Shown: positions 1 to 10,772, counted from the whole stretch's first letter. The stretch: 62,533 nucleotides of DNA, filler included, from Bacteriovoracaceae bacterium (GCA_018649885.1; 5 parts of 5 records of this genome joined end to end with filler, not necessarily neighbours in it), one strand, 5' to 3'. Translations and numbers: made by a program. The notes: generated from the letters alone by a model not told the origin.

Positions 1-141
1 GTGCTTATTATTACTACCAAAAAATTGCTAAGCTTGCTTACAATCAAGGATTTTTGAATTGGTTTGGTACTATTAAGAGGGTTCTTTTTTTCTTTCAAAG
101 ATTAAAAGGTGATATTGTTCCGGGAGCTCCTACAAGTCATA
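1..141 (+). repeat. 141-bp terminal direct repeat of contig 1 (copy 1), internal nitroreductase segment
   Basis: Identical by eye to 8981-9121 (gtgcttatta...acaagtcata). Confidence 0.95.
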
Positions 142-682
142 CGCATAATTGCGACAGCATATATATAATGATAATGCGTTGCGTTGGTACAGTGCAACGG
201 ATGCGTGTATTTTCCGGTTGTTAGCTATTGGTTTGGCAAAAAAAAAGCAAAATGCTCTAAGGTAAATGTTCGGTTAAAGAATGCTAAGGAAATTGTAGAG
301 AATTAATTTTTTTGAAATGAATAACTCTGATAACAAAAAATGAATAAATTGCCTGAAATTCATTAATTAATTTAAGAAATATGAAGTTATTTGAGCTTGT
401 TTCCCTATAACGTGAGACCCGTGGTCAGTTTATACTTTTGTGAACAAAAATACTCGGAGAAACCAAAAGGAGACTACAATAGTCTAGCTCTACCCTGCGA
501 ATTTATATTTTGAATATGACCTTTGGTCTTTTATTTTGTTGATTATTTTTAGACTTGGTGATTTTCTATATTTTTCTCACATTCCAAACGCTGCTCTTTT
601 CTTTGTACACATGATTTTTACAATAGAGATCTTCGCCAGTACCATTTAATGATAGATTTTAGTTGATGGGGAAAGAAGAAAT

Positions 683-1079
683 ATGGGGAAAAGATATCAA
701 TCCGATGTCACGATTGTGGGCGGAGGTATCGCAGGAATTGTTACCGCGCTAAGTATTTTAGATTCACCAAATCCTTCTATTCACTCTAAGAAAATTCTTT
801 TACTCGATAGAGATGGACCTTCAAAGCTCGGAGGCCTGGCCAAAATTTCTTTTGCCGGAATTACAATGTTTGATTCTCCGGTGCAAAGACGCAGCGGAAT
901 TAAAGATAATCAGGAACAGGCCTTTGCAGATTGGCTAAGCATTTGCCTGATCTTTATGCAGTAGGAGAGTCTGCGGGATTTGTGGAGGAGGAATCCATGG
1001 AGAGGGGGCCATGGAGGGCACTTTTTTAGGTGCCTGTTTGATTAATGCCCAAACAATTGGTCGTCATTTAGAATCTTAA
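683..1079 (+). pseudogene. FAD-binding dehydrogenase (KsdD-like / FAD_binding_2) pseudogene with large internal deletion and frameshifts
   Basis: N-terminal IVGGGIAG FAD motif and LGGLAKISFAG. From ~940, other frames encode the family C-terminus DLYAVGESAGF / GGGIHGEGAMEGTFLGACL, with a stop at 1077-1079. Confidence 0.8.
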
Positions 1080-1390
1080 AAACTTTGTAAAAACCACCTT
1101 TAGACAACTTTAATTGGCAGTAAATTCTTTATCTTTTTCTATGAAAACATCATGATTCTCTGTGGATATCTAGATTTCTTTTTTTTAAACAATTTTTGAT
1201 TCACAATTATAGACATCAGTGCAAGCTCATCAATGATTGAAAGTTCACTGAGTTAATTGTTTTGGGGAAAACGATTGAAATCCTTGACTACTAGTTTAAT
1301 TCTTTATTAATGTTTTAAAGAATGTAGAAGAGGATTTCTTCAAGTAAAATTACACTAAATGAAAAGTTTGTGTTTTTTTAAGGGCGGAAA

Positions 1391-2620
1391 ATGAAAAAGC
1401 TAATCAAAAATCAAAGTGGAATGTCCATGGTTGAAATTCTCATCGTCAGTGGAATGTTTGGTTTCATGGCCGTTGTTGGAATGAAAATGATGGATAACCA
1501 AACAACTGATGGTAAAAGACTACAAAACCGATTTGCCCTCCAAAGTACTCAAAACCTTATAATGGGTGCACTTAGTAGCTCTTCATTTTGTTCAACTTCT
1601 CTAAGTGGCCTTATTGACCAGCAAATAAACCCAGTTAATCCCAATACTGATTCTCCACAGGAGTTTAATCTAACCTCGATGAAATTGGGTCAGAAGGAAC
1701 TAGCTGTCAATTCCAAATTAGATTTTTTAACATTTAAAAAATTTACAGTTAAAATTACTGATTATGCCAATAATGATGGTGCAGCCTTTGGCGAATTTAA
1801 TGTTGAAGTAGAAATGCCTGTGAAAAAACTAACAATGACCAGAGTCATCACAATCCCTTTACTACTCGAAGTAGACAATGACGCCAATGGAAACACTGTC
1901 AGCTCATGTGCTAGTTCAGGACAAGATATTGATGATATTTGTAATGATCTATTTGGGGAGGATGCGAGTGTTGAAAATGGTGTTTGTACAAACCTTACAG
2001 GTGTAACACTCAATGACTCCGTTTTTAACCAGTTTTCTGTTCCAGTTTCTGTTTCTAATCTAGAAAATGATGTTTTGATTGACAGTAATGGTGATGGTGG
2101 AACAACAACTGAGCTAGGTGGCTATACTTTTACTGACCAAGCTAATAAGGCCCATAATTTAAAATATAAATGTGAGGATATTCAAGTCGTAAAATCTTCA
2201 AGCAATGTGAGCCGCGTATTTATTGTAAGGGATCACATCGCTGTATTTAAACTCATTGTAAATGAATGGGAAACAACATATGCAAAATGCCCAGAAGGTT
2301 CAGTTTTGACAAGCTCATCTTGTACAACCACCCAAGATGACCTCTCTCCTTTGGATCCAGTTACGATTGCACAGGAAAAAACTGAATATGCGACAGCTGA
2401 CCCACCTTATACGAAATGCCGTTTTAAGTTAAGCGGGCCCAGTGGACCACCTCTTTTATTTCCTGGGATTTTCTTATCAGGACGTGCAACAGCAACTTGC
2501 ACATTGACGACAAAAGAAGTTGAAACAGAAACAAAGCGTATGTGTTACCTGACTATTAATGAGAATCCAAATGCTGTGAACGCGCAAATTAATATAAATA
2601 ATATTAAAATAAAAAACTAA
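1391..2620 (+). CDS. Type IV pilin/pseudopilin-like protein with prepilin N-terminal cleavage-methylation motif
   Basis: KNQSG|MSMVEILIV followed by a hydrophobic helix; Cys-rich C-terminal part. Confidence 0.75.
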   Translation: MKKLIKNQSGMSMVEILIVSGMFGFMAVVGMKMMDNQTTDGKRLQNRFALQSTQNLIMGALSSSSFCSTSLSGLIDQQINPVNPNTDSPQEFNLTSMKLGQKELAVNSKLDFLTFKKFTVKITDYANNDGAAFGEFNVEVEMPVKKLTMTRVITIPLLLEVDNDANGNTVSSCASSGQDIDDICNDLFGEDASVENGVCTNLTGVTLNDSVFNQFSVPVSVSNLENDVLIDSNGDGGTTTELGGYTFTDQANKAHNLKYKCEDIQVVKSSSNVSRVFIVRDHIAVFKLIVNEWETTYAKCPEGSVLTSSSCTTTQDDLSPLDPVTIAQEKTEYATADPPYTKCRFKLSGPSGPPLLFPGIFLSGRATATCTLTTKEVETETKRMCYLTINENPNAVNAQININNIKIKN

Positions 2621-2621
2621 G

Positions 2622-2652
2622 ATTCGCTCGGCTTTAATAGAGCTGGGCGAGT
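2622..2652 (+). terminator. Stem-loop, probable intrinsic terminator
   Basis: attcgctcggcttt-aat-agagctgggcgagt directly after the stop codon. Confidence 0.55.
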
Positions 2653-2896
2653 TTAGAGATGTATATGGAAAATGCCTGAAATTATTGGCAGGTTCGCTCT
2701 TCTAAAAGAAAGTTAAATCCCCTGAATTCTCCATTTAACTGCTTAATATCATTCAGTTCTTAGTAATACTCATTTCCTCGTTCCTGCTATTTCAGTTTAT
2801 GGACTAAAATTGTAATCAGCTAATAACTCTGTCCACCAGCACGTAAGTTCAAATGAGTAGTTAGTATAATATTAGTATAGGCTGGGGGGCCCTACG

Positions 2897-5827
2897 ATGA
2901 ATCTCAAAACTGTGTACCTTATTCCAATTAAATTAATCTTGATAATTGCTTTATCTGGAATTTCATCTCTGCCCATTTATGCAAGTGAAAGTGCAGAGGC
3001 CAGTGAATCAAGTGAATCGGGCGAGTCAAGTGATCTTAACGGTGATGGGATGATGGATTTTCCTAATAGCGAGTTAATGTCTTGTGATTTAAGTGAGGGA
3101 TACCAAAGTTGTGAGAATAATTATGAATGTAAGAAGTATACATCTCCCATGGATGTTGATGGCTACGAAGTTACAGTTGAAAGTCATCAAGTTACTTTTT
3201 ACCAAAAATTTGGTAGCGGCGGAACTTGTATTTCTAATGATAGTTGTCTTTCTGGTAAGTGTAATGAAAATGATGAAGGAGAAAAGGTTTGCTCTGATAT
3301 TGGATTCTGTGGAAGTTGTGTGCCCTCAGGAGGGGAGACAGCGAAATCAGCTGATTGCTGTGAGGGAACATTATATAACCAAACCACAATGGTGTGTGAC
3401 GCTGACGATATTGTTGTAAAGTCAGAAAGCGAGGGAGTGGGTACTCTTGATGAAGAAACCTGTGCCTTTGAATACTCTGATGCGCAAAAAGATTTTATAG
3501 AAAATAAATTATCACACTACGACAAGCATATTGTCGCTTTTATGTACCTATTTTCTTACAACAAAGAAAATCTTAAAAATGACCAGCTTTGGGTTAACCA
3601 TGGAGACGAAACAAAAGTTTCGGGCAGTGATAAATCTAAAGTCTTTCAAAATAGTTTTGATTACTATCCATACTATTCAAATTTATCTTGGAGAGGAAAT
3701 GGAGAAGGCGATGGAGACGACCGCCGAAAAGATAAATTTGAGCCACTTAAATGGTCAAGTCAGGGAAAAATTAAAGGCCATAAAAAAGTAAAAGGAATGG
3801 CCGAAATAGCCAATCATTTACTAGAAACTAGGCAAACAGAGCTGACTTCTTTTTTAGAAGAAAAAAATAAGCTTCTAGAAGAGCTTGAGGGGAAACGAGG
3901 TCGTTTTTTAGCGAATAGCTCATATGACTATGTGGATACTGACGTCAACCTTGAAGAGGGCGGAGAGGCCGGAGTTAATTACTGGCAAACACTTTTAGAC
4001 TTTTATACTTTAATCCAAACAAGAGAAATTAGTCTGGCAGATTCCTATTCCACGGCCCATAAAGATATGAAGGGCTGGGCGAAGATGTATCAAGAGTTGG
4101 GAGGCACAGACTTTGCTGCCGATGATTACAAACCAATGCCTTGTCGTGATAAAAAGCAAGACGGTGATGAAAATAAGTTTCACCTCAAGCAAGCTGAAAA
4201 TCGTAATTGTGTTGCCGAGAAATGGCGTGTAAAAACTGATGCTGAAGTTTCTGCAGGAAAAATTGCAGGAGCTGCTGTGGTAGGACTCCTCAGTCCAGGA
4301 GGTCCCATTGCCGCTATTATCGCAGCCGTTGCTGTTGCAACAAATCAAAACTGGATGGTTGATCCTGTTTACAAATTAAGTGGTGAGGCCATTAATAAAT
4401 TAAGAGAAGATGATGGGAAAAAGAAGAAAAAAGGTCGATTTTATCAATATGATTCACGTAAAAAAGATTTCAGAAAAATAGTTAGAAAAGATATTAAAAA
4501 ACAACTTTTAAAATGTGCTCAAGGTAGTTTGGTAGGTTGTGAAAAAGATAATTATATTTCTGAGTATTATAATGAGGCTGATCCTCCGAATAAAAAAGAA
4601 GATGACATTAAGGAAATTCGCCAATTAGTCTGGCTTTATATGAAAGGGTGGGGCGGCCTGTATAGTTTTAAAAAGCAATCCTCTGCCTGGGAAAAAGACT
4701 CACTAAACGGAAACACATTGAGGTATGATGAGAGTTCAAGCGCTAGAGTTCAGACCTTTGGAGATTTCTTTGATCCAAATGATCAAGATGAATACGAAGT
4801 GCCTTTTAGATTAGAGATAGTGCAGTATAAAGATGGAAAAACTCAAGGTGGACTCAAGGCCTATATCAACGAATTAGAAAATTTTTATTCTGAGTCAGTT
4901 GATGCCAGACAAGAGGTTATTGCTTGTATCGTGGATAAAATGAAGACCTTAGACGACGGCTCTGCAAACGATTTTATTGGTGCTAATGGCGCCACAAAAT
5001 ATGAAAATCAAGAAGGTGCCGTTCAATATGCTCAGGGAAGCGTTGATGAGAATTGTCCTCCATCTAGCACTGATTGTGGTGCCAATAGAAAAGATGTTGA
5101 CAGTGATTTCAACTTTAGCTTAGGTACAAAAAGTATTACTGGAACAAGTAGCGGATCTGGCTCATCTCTCAAAGGCCTGAGCGCAGTGAGTGCAAAAGTT
5201 GGGTCCCTTACAAGTAAGAATGCCATTAGAAAATCAGCATTAAAAAGCCTTCAGGCGGAGCAGAAAGCTGCCTATGGGGATTCATACGGAGCCGCTGCGG
5301 CCAAAGGCATGAAGACGGCAATGATTAACCTATTTCCAAGCAAAATAAAATCAAAAGCCAGCTCAACGAGCACAGCAAGTGGCTCAAGTCTCGGAAATGA
5401 GAACCTACTTCCTGAAGATGAAAAGGCCAGTGAGAAAGGTAAAGATGTGGATTCATCTGCTGATCCAAGTGTTGCTAGTTTGGGCCAATCTTCATCCGGA
5501 AGTAGTAAGAACAGACGCAGGCGAAGGTTAAATAAACGTAGACGTCCTTCATCCATAAAAAGTGGATCAGACATTAATGAATCCTCTTCATTAAGTGAAT
5601 CTGAAGTCAAGGCGATGCTTTCCGGTACTAATGATGAGAAGTACAAGAGACGAAAAGATGATACCCTCTTTGATGCTATTCACAAAAGATATGTGAGAAC
5701 CGGTTACGGTGCTTTATTAAAGCGAAAAAGAGTGTCTAGCTATCAAGACGATCAAGTTGAAGATGACAGCATGATATCTAAGGGAAAGAATGGGTTTCAA
5801 CCTTGGATGATGCTAAAACAGAAATAG
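2897..5827 (+). CDS. Large secreted Cys-rich hypothetical protein
   Basis: 976-aa ORF with signal peptide, Cys-rich N-domain, central hydrophobic Gly/Ala segment, Ser/Lys-rich tail and LFDAIHKRY end motif. Confidence 0.8.
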   Translation: MNLKTVYLIPIKLILIIALSGISSLPIYASESAEASESSESGESSDLNGDGMMDFPNSELMSCDLSEGYQSCENNYECKKYTSPMDVDGYEVTVESHQVTFYQKFGSGGTCISNDSCLSGKCNENDEGEKVCSDIGFCGSCVPSGGETAKSADCCEGTLYNQTTMVCDADDIVVKSESEGVGTLDEETCAFEYSDAQKDFIENKLSHYDKHIVAFMYLFSYNKENLKNDQLWVNHGDETKVSGSDKSKVFQNSFDYYPYYSNLSWRGNGEGDGDDRRKDKFEPLKWSSQGKIKGHKKVKGMAEIANHLLETRQTELTSFLEEKNKLLEELEGKRGRFLANSSYDYVDTDVNLEEGGEAGVNYWQTLLDFYTLIQTREISLADSYSTAHKDMKGWAKMYQELGGTDFAADDYKPMPCRDKKQDGDENKFHLKQAENRNCVAEKWRVKTDAEVSAGKIAGAAVVGLLSPGGPIAAIIAAVAVATNQNWMVDPVYKLSGEAINKLREDDGKKKKKGRFYQYDSRKKDFRKIVRKDIKKQLLKCAQGSLVGCEKDNYISEYYNEADPPNKKEDDIKEIRQLVWLYMKGWGGLYSFKKQSSAWEKDSLNGNTLRYDESSSARVQTFGDFFDPNDQDEYEVPFRLEIVQYKDGKTQGGLKAYINELENFYSESVDARQEVIACIVDKMKTLDDGSANDFIGANGATKYENQEGAVQYAQGSVDENCPPSSTDCGANRKDVDSDFNFSLGTKSITGTSSGSGSSLKGLSAVSAKVGSLTSKNAIRKSALKSLQAEQKAAYGDSYGAAAAKGMKTAMINLFPSKIKSKASSTSTASGSSLGNENLLPEDEKASEKGKDVDSSADPSVASLGQSSSGSSKNRRRRRLNKRRRPSSIKSGSDINESSSLSESEVKAMLSGTNDEKYKRRKDDTLFDAIHKRYVRTGYGALLKRKRVSSYQDDQVEDDSMISKGKNGFQPWMMLKQK

Positions 5828-5834
5828 AGTATTG

Positions 5835-7649
5835 CTACCTTCTTAACTGAACTGGATTATTCCCCATTTGCACCTGGCGGTCTATTATCTGAGCATTAAT
5901 TTTCACCATCCCTGGACTACTTCCATCGTTTTTCATTAATACCACTGAGTGTAATTTATCTAGATTGTATTTAGTTTTTAAATTAAGCTGTCCGTCACTG
6001 TCTCTTTTTAGGCCTTCCACAACCTCTCCATCCACAAGTGCTACCCAGTTTGTTAAATCGATTCTAGGTGGGATGAATATCCTAAGAAAAGAGCTCTCTT
6101 TGGACTCTTGTGTATCTCGGAAACTCACCCAAAAGAACTCTTCTGGTGCTTCGTATCTATCACTCCCCAGTTTTAGTTGAAATGGCCACAGGGCCTTCCC
6201 TTTCTTATCTTTTACAGGGGACTGGAAAAACTGTGAAATAAATTCACCAGAGCATCGTGGTGACCAAATTCTTTCCACAAGGTGGTCATCAATATTATTC
6301 TTTGTTGAATATTCTCCCACAACGGAGAAGTTTTCTGCGTTCCATGCATCGTGAGATTTTAATATCTTTTTAGTGTTACCGTTGGCCGGCTCCTGGTGAT
6401 GGTCATAGTAATGACCCCAGTGCCACTGGATGGATGATAATGGTGGATCGATCAGAGCTACTTCACCATCTTCATTAATATCAGAAATATTCATTGCAAT
6501 TTGACTTGCACGGATAACTTTATGTGGATCTGTCGGGCCTTTGCCGTCTACAAACATGCCGTATTCACTTACTATCGTGGCGACGTCATTGTTTACCGCT
6601 TCTTTTCTAATTGTTTGGTATTCTTCTAGGTATGTACGAGCTGTGACTTTAGATCTTTTGATTTTGCCCATTCTTTTGGCATCATAGGAATGAACATTTA
6701 AAACAAAGTTGGGGGTTTTAAGTTCTGTGTCGAGCTCAATGGCCCTAGGTTTTAGTCCCACAATTGGTAAGTCAGTATTCCAGAAAACGAGGGGCTCTCC
6801 CCATAGGATCATTTCCCTTAGGCCTAGACCATCAAGGGACTTTCTTAAGCTTTTGTAAAATGGCCAAACATATTTTTTTTCATATTCAGATTGACTTAAT
6901 TTACCCAGACGACCAGGGATGGGTTCATTCATGGGATCAATTCCAAGAATTTTTGAAAACTCACTCGGTGTTAATTTTTTCTTCAAATACTTTAGGGTGA
7001 TTTCCATCTGCATAGTAAATGCATCTTGAGGTTTTACAAGACCCAGTTCTGTAGGCATTTCCCAATTTTCCCAAAAACTTGAAAATCCTGTTTTTATGAC
7101 TGGATCTGTAATATTATGCTGACCCCAATGAATGCAAAATGGAATACACCGTGCTTTCCCAATTAGCTTTTGTGGAATAATCCACTTAGGTGCGTAGGCA
7201 CCAGTGAATCTATTTTTTTTTCTGAAGAAAAATCTTGAATATAAAATATTGTGAAAATCAATGATGACATACATTCCATTTTTTATGGCCACTTTCATTT
7301 GATTAGACATTTTCTCAAGGTAGTTCCAATCAATGCGGTGTGGTTCAGGGTGAATGGCCTCCCATTGGACTAAAAGCCTGACAATATTAGAGCCTGCTCT
7401 TTTGGACATTTGTGTTAGACTTTGGTTTGCATCATCAACATTTTTGTAAGGAAGAAACCCCTTCTCTATATGCATGCTTGAAATGCTAATATTGTAGCCC
7501 CTCAAAAGAACTTCTTCTGCTTTTTCATTTACATACTTGTGCCCTTCTGAGAACTCTCTTTTGGCAACTGTGATTTTGCCATATACAAGCGTGTATGAAG
7601 AAAAGAGAAGTAAACTACAGATGATTTGTCTGATGCAAGTTTTGTTCAC
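5835..7649 (-). CDS. Secreted glycoside hydrolase family 5 (endoglycoceramidase-like)
   Basis: VRLLVQWEAIHP, VIIDFH, catalytic DPMNEP, LNVHSY and IVSEYG motifs; signal peptide. Confidence 0.8.
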   Translation of the reverse strand: MNKTCIRQIICSLLLFSSYTLVYGKITVAKREFSEGHKYVNEKAEEVLLRGYNISISSMHIEKGFLPYKNVDDANQSLTQMSKRAGSNIVRLLVQWEAIHPEPHRIDWNYLEKMSNQMKVAIKNGMYVIIDFHNILYSRFFFRKKNRFTGAYAPKWIIPQKLIGKARCIPFCIHWGQHNITDPVIKTGFSSFWENWEMPTELGLVKPQDAFTMQMEITLKYLKKKLTPSEFSKILGIDPMNEPIPGRLGKLSQSEYEKKYVWPFYKSLRKSLDGLGLREMILWGEPLVFWNTDLPIVGLKPRAIELDTELKTPNFVLNVHSYDAKRMGKIKRSKVTARTYLEEYQTIRKEAVNNDVATIVSEYGMFVDGKGPTDPHKVIRASQIAMNISDINEDGEVALIDPPLSSIQWHWGHYYDHHQEPANGNTKKILKSHDAWNAENFSVVGEYSTKNNIDDHLVERIWSPRCSGEFISQFFQSPVKDKKGKALWPFQLKLGSDRYEAPEEFFWVSFRDTQESKESSFLRIFIPPRIDLTNWVALVDGEVVEGLKRDSDGQLNLKTKYNLDKLHSVVLMKNDGSSPGMVKINAQIIDRQVQMGNNPVQLRR

Positions 7650-8006
7650 AATAGGCCTCGTTTAATAATGTATTTTGTCTTTGTCACACTAACTGTAATT
7701 AAAAAATTATCAAGGGCCATAGTCATTCAAGTTTTCAAACCTATAAAATTTCCTTGTCAGCATACCCCATTAATTATTTCTTAATTAGGATTATAGGAAA
7801 AAGGCCTCAGTGGCCTCAAATTGAGAACAAGACATATGTCGGTGATGGGTGTGTCTTTTTGTTGGCACTTAAAAAGGCGCTGAAAATGGCCTAAGTCATT
7901 GAAAACAAAGAAAGGCAAGCACATTCTTTGTGTCAATTTACGTTATCTCCTACAATTTAATCACTGCCGAGACAATAGAGTTCACGGCCCCTTGGGGAGG
8001 GAAATA

Positions 8007-8378
8007 ATGAAAACACTACTAATAGCGATAGCACTAGGAATCTTTTGTTTGCCAGTGGCAAATGCAGGCTCACAATATCACCACAAAATAAAGTGTGCCA
8101 GTGGTTACAGTCTTAAAGGAAGCATAAGTGATTTTTACTGTAAAAAATATGTCGCCGGAAAAAATGCCGGAACAGTAGGATGTCCTATTGGTTATGTATT
8201 TAACAACAATGAATACAGCAGTGGTGCTGACAAGTGTGTAACAGCACTAGGCAGATCAAGGTATAAGAAGGCCGGTTGTCTTCCAGGGTTTGAAGCAAGA
8301 GCTAAAAAACGTTCAAGGGATCGTTGTTATACTAAAAGCTATACTTACTACAGTATTCCACTATTTTTGAAAAAGTAG
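8007..8378 (+). CDS. Small secreted Cys-rich basic protein
   Basis: GGAGG RBS before ATG 8007; signal peptide; three CxxG(Y/F) motifs. Confidence 0.75.
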   Translation: MKTLLIAIALGIFCLPVANAGSQYHHKIKCASGYSLKGSISDFYCKKYVAGKNAGTVGCPIGYVFNNNEYSSGADKCVTALGRSRYKKAGCLPGFEARAKKRSRDRCYTKSYTYYSIPLFLKK

Positions 8379-8391
8379 AATAATTATTCAA

Positions 8392-8430
8392 TAAATGCTC
8401 CTATTAACGAATTGGTAATAGGGGCATTTA
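8392..8430 (+). terminator. Stem-loop terminator
   Basis: taaatgctcctatta ... taataggggcattta inverted repeat. Confidence 0.55.
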
Positions 8431-8589
8431 ATCACCAGCAAATAATTTCAAAATCTGAATCACGCACAAATTCACACTTTTAATGTTAGCGCTTTGTTCA
8501 AGTTGGATAGAGCGCTATCCCTTGTGATATTTTCAAATTTATCTCTTTTGTGTATCATGTACCTTGCTCCCAATATGAAGGAATTTTAA

Positions 8590-9121
8590 ATGAGTAAATT
8601 TGATTTATTAACCAAGATAACAGATACAGGCTATAGAGAGCCGGCCGCAATTATAGACTCAGAAAATTTTGAAAAATTGGTTCAATCCAGAAGAAGTGTA
8701 AGAGTTTATTTAGAAGACGAAACTATTGAAGATGAGATTGTGGAAAAATGTTTGGAATTGGCCCTTTTGGCACCCAACTCAAGTAATTTGCAGCCTTGGG
8801 AATTTTACTGGGTTAAAGATCCAGAAAAATTAGACCAGTTAAAAAAGTTTTGTGTCTCTCAATCAGCAGCTAGAACGGCCCCAACTATTATTGTAGCAGT
8901 TGCAAAATTGGCCACATGGGATAGAAATAGAAAATTGATGGTGGATCTATTCAATGAACAAGTTACAAAACCTTCAAAAGGTGCTTATTATTACTACCAA
9001 AAAATTGCTAAGCTTGCTTACAATCAAGGATTTTTGAATTGGTTTGGTACTATTAAGAGGGTTCTTTTTTTCTTTCAAAGATTAAAAGGTGATATTGTTC
9101 CGGGAGCTCCTACAAGTCATA
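8590..9121 (+). CDS. Nitroreductase family protein (3' truncated at contig end)
   Basis: SRRSVRVY and LAPNSSNLQPWEF motifs. Confidence 0.9.
8981..9121 (+). repeat. 141-bp terminal direct repeat of contig 1 (copy 2)
   Basis: Identical to 1-141. Confidence 0.95.
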
Positions 9122-9221
9122 NNNNNNNNNNNNNNNNNNNNNNNNNNNNNNNNNNNNNNNNNNNNTTAATTAATTAANNNNNNNNNNNNNNNNNNNNNNN
9201 NNNNNNNNNNNNNNNNNNNNN
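9122..9221. other. Artificial contig linker
   Basis: N-run containing the six-frame stop TTAATTAATTAA. Confidence 0.98.
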
Positions 9222-9653
9222 ATTTAAGCAAAGATATTGTCGAACTATATCAATTAAGATGGGATGCCGAAATTAATATAAGAAATTTAAAAAGAACTCT
9301 TGGTAGTTATTTTTTGACTTCAAAGACGCCGTCGATGGTGAGGAAAGAATTGTATGTGAAAATTCTTGCGTATAATTTAACGAGATCAGTAATTGTATTT
9401 TCTGCCAAATCAAAATTGCCCCGGAAATATAGTTTTAAAACAACAATGTATCTAATTTTAGATTTTCCCAAATCAAAAGATAAAAAAATGGTGGAAAAAT
9501 TACCAGATTTGCTAAAAAATGAAACCCTAAACTCCAAATTCAGGGTTGAGCCTAGAGCGCTTAAACGTCGAACAAGAGGGACATTTGGGCTTTTGTTAAT
9601 TCCAAGAAATAAATATAAATCCCTAAACAAAGTGGCTTAAAGCAGTAGCATTC
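9222..9653 (+). mobile_element. IS4-family element, 3' part: transposase C-terminus (to 9640) plus right terminal inverted repeat
   Basis: Frame from 9224 reads ELYQLRWDAEINIRNLKRTL (IS4 YREK-type motif), ILAYNL and EPRALKRR. TIR cttaaagcagtagcattc at 9636-9653. Confidence 0.9.
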
Positions 9654-9756
9654 GTATCACGCACCTTTTTAAAATCAGTTTTTAGCCTAGGCCATTGTAT
9701 ATAAAAAAAGCTCTTTCTATGTTAAATATATCAGTGAAAATGAGGAGCACTGAGTA

Positions 9757-10710
9757 ATGAAATACCTAATTGCGTTGGCCATATTTTTATCATTTGGTTT
9801 TTCTAAAAAGAAGATGGCAGAAATAGTGCCTTTTGAAGATTTTGACTCGGGTGGGTACCAATTACCTTTTGCGGTTATTGGAGATACTCAAAAGACATCA
9901 AAGTTCGAGGCCCTCATAGGAAGGGAAAGAAACTACAAAAAAACGAAAAAACTAATTTCTGCCCTGGCCGAGGAAGAAGTGGATCTAATAGTGCATCTAG
10001 GAGATGCCATCTTTTCAGGAAAATACCGAGAGTGGCACAAATTCAATCAGCTCATGTCCCCTATTAGAGAAAATGAAACACCTTTACTTTTGATTATGGG
10101 CAACCATGAATATTCAGGCAATAAATCAAAATCTTTTAAGATCATAAAAAAACAATTCCCGCAAATGGTACTGTCTAAATGGTACGCAAGGGAATATTCA
10201 AATATTGCGCTCATTTTTTTAGATACTAATAAAAAAAAGCTGGGAGAAGAAAATTGGTCGCGACAGAAAAAATGGTACTTAGAAAAAATAAAGCTCTACA
10301 AAGATGACCCAAATATTTTGGGTCTCATGTTATTCACCCACCATCCACCTTTTACCAACAGTAAACTAACTAACGATGAAAAATATGTTGAAAAGGCATT
10401 TTTAACACCATTTTTTACTGAAAAAAAAGCATTGGCCGTAATTTCAGGACACGCCCATGGATTTGAGCACTTCATTAAAAGAGATAAGCACTTTATAATC
10501 TCTGCCGGAGGCGGTGGTCCAAGGGTCAAATACCATACTGGTAAAAAGATGAGGCATATTGATAGATCTAAGCTGAGCATACCGCGTCCATTTAACTACC
10601 TGCTAATTGAACCAAAAACGAAATCAATTAATGTCAAAGTTAGAGGTTTCTACAACATAGAAGACAATATAAAAACTCTCGAAAGTTTTGATATCTCCTT
10701 TAATTTATAG
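9757..10710 (+). CDS. Secreted calcineurin-like metallophosphoesterase
   Basis: GDTQ, HLGD, GNHE, HHPP and SGHAH motifs. Confidence 0.92.
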   Translation: MKYLIALAIFLSFGFSKKKMAEIVPFEDFDSGGYQLPFAVIGDTQKTSKFEALIGRERNYKKTKKLISALAEEEVDLIVHLGDAIFSGKYREWHKFNQLMSPIRENETPLLLIMGNHEYSGNKSKSFKIIKKQFPQMVLSKWYAREYSNIALIFLDTNKKKLGEENWSRQKKWYLEKIKLYKDDPNILGLMLFTHHPPFTNSKLTNDEKYVEKAFLTPFFTEKKALAVISGHAHGFEHFIKRDKHFIISAGGGGPRVKYHTGKKMRHIDRSKLSIPRPFNYLLIEPKTKSINVKVRGFYNIEDNIKTLESFDISFNL

Positions 10711-10772
10711 AATAATCACACTTACTGATAGGTATGTTGGCCTAGCACCTATTTGCTTTTTTAGAGGGAAGG

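Noticed and set aside
1..9121. Plasmid or phage call for the self-overlapping contig
   Set aside because: No rep, integrase, relaxase or structural genes; the content looks chromosomal and the overlap equals an assembler k-mer.
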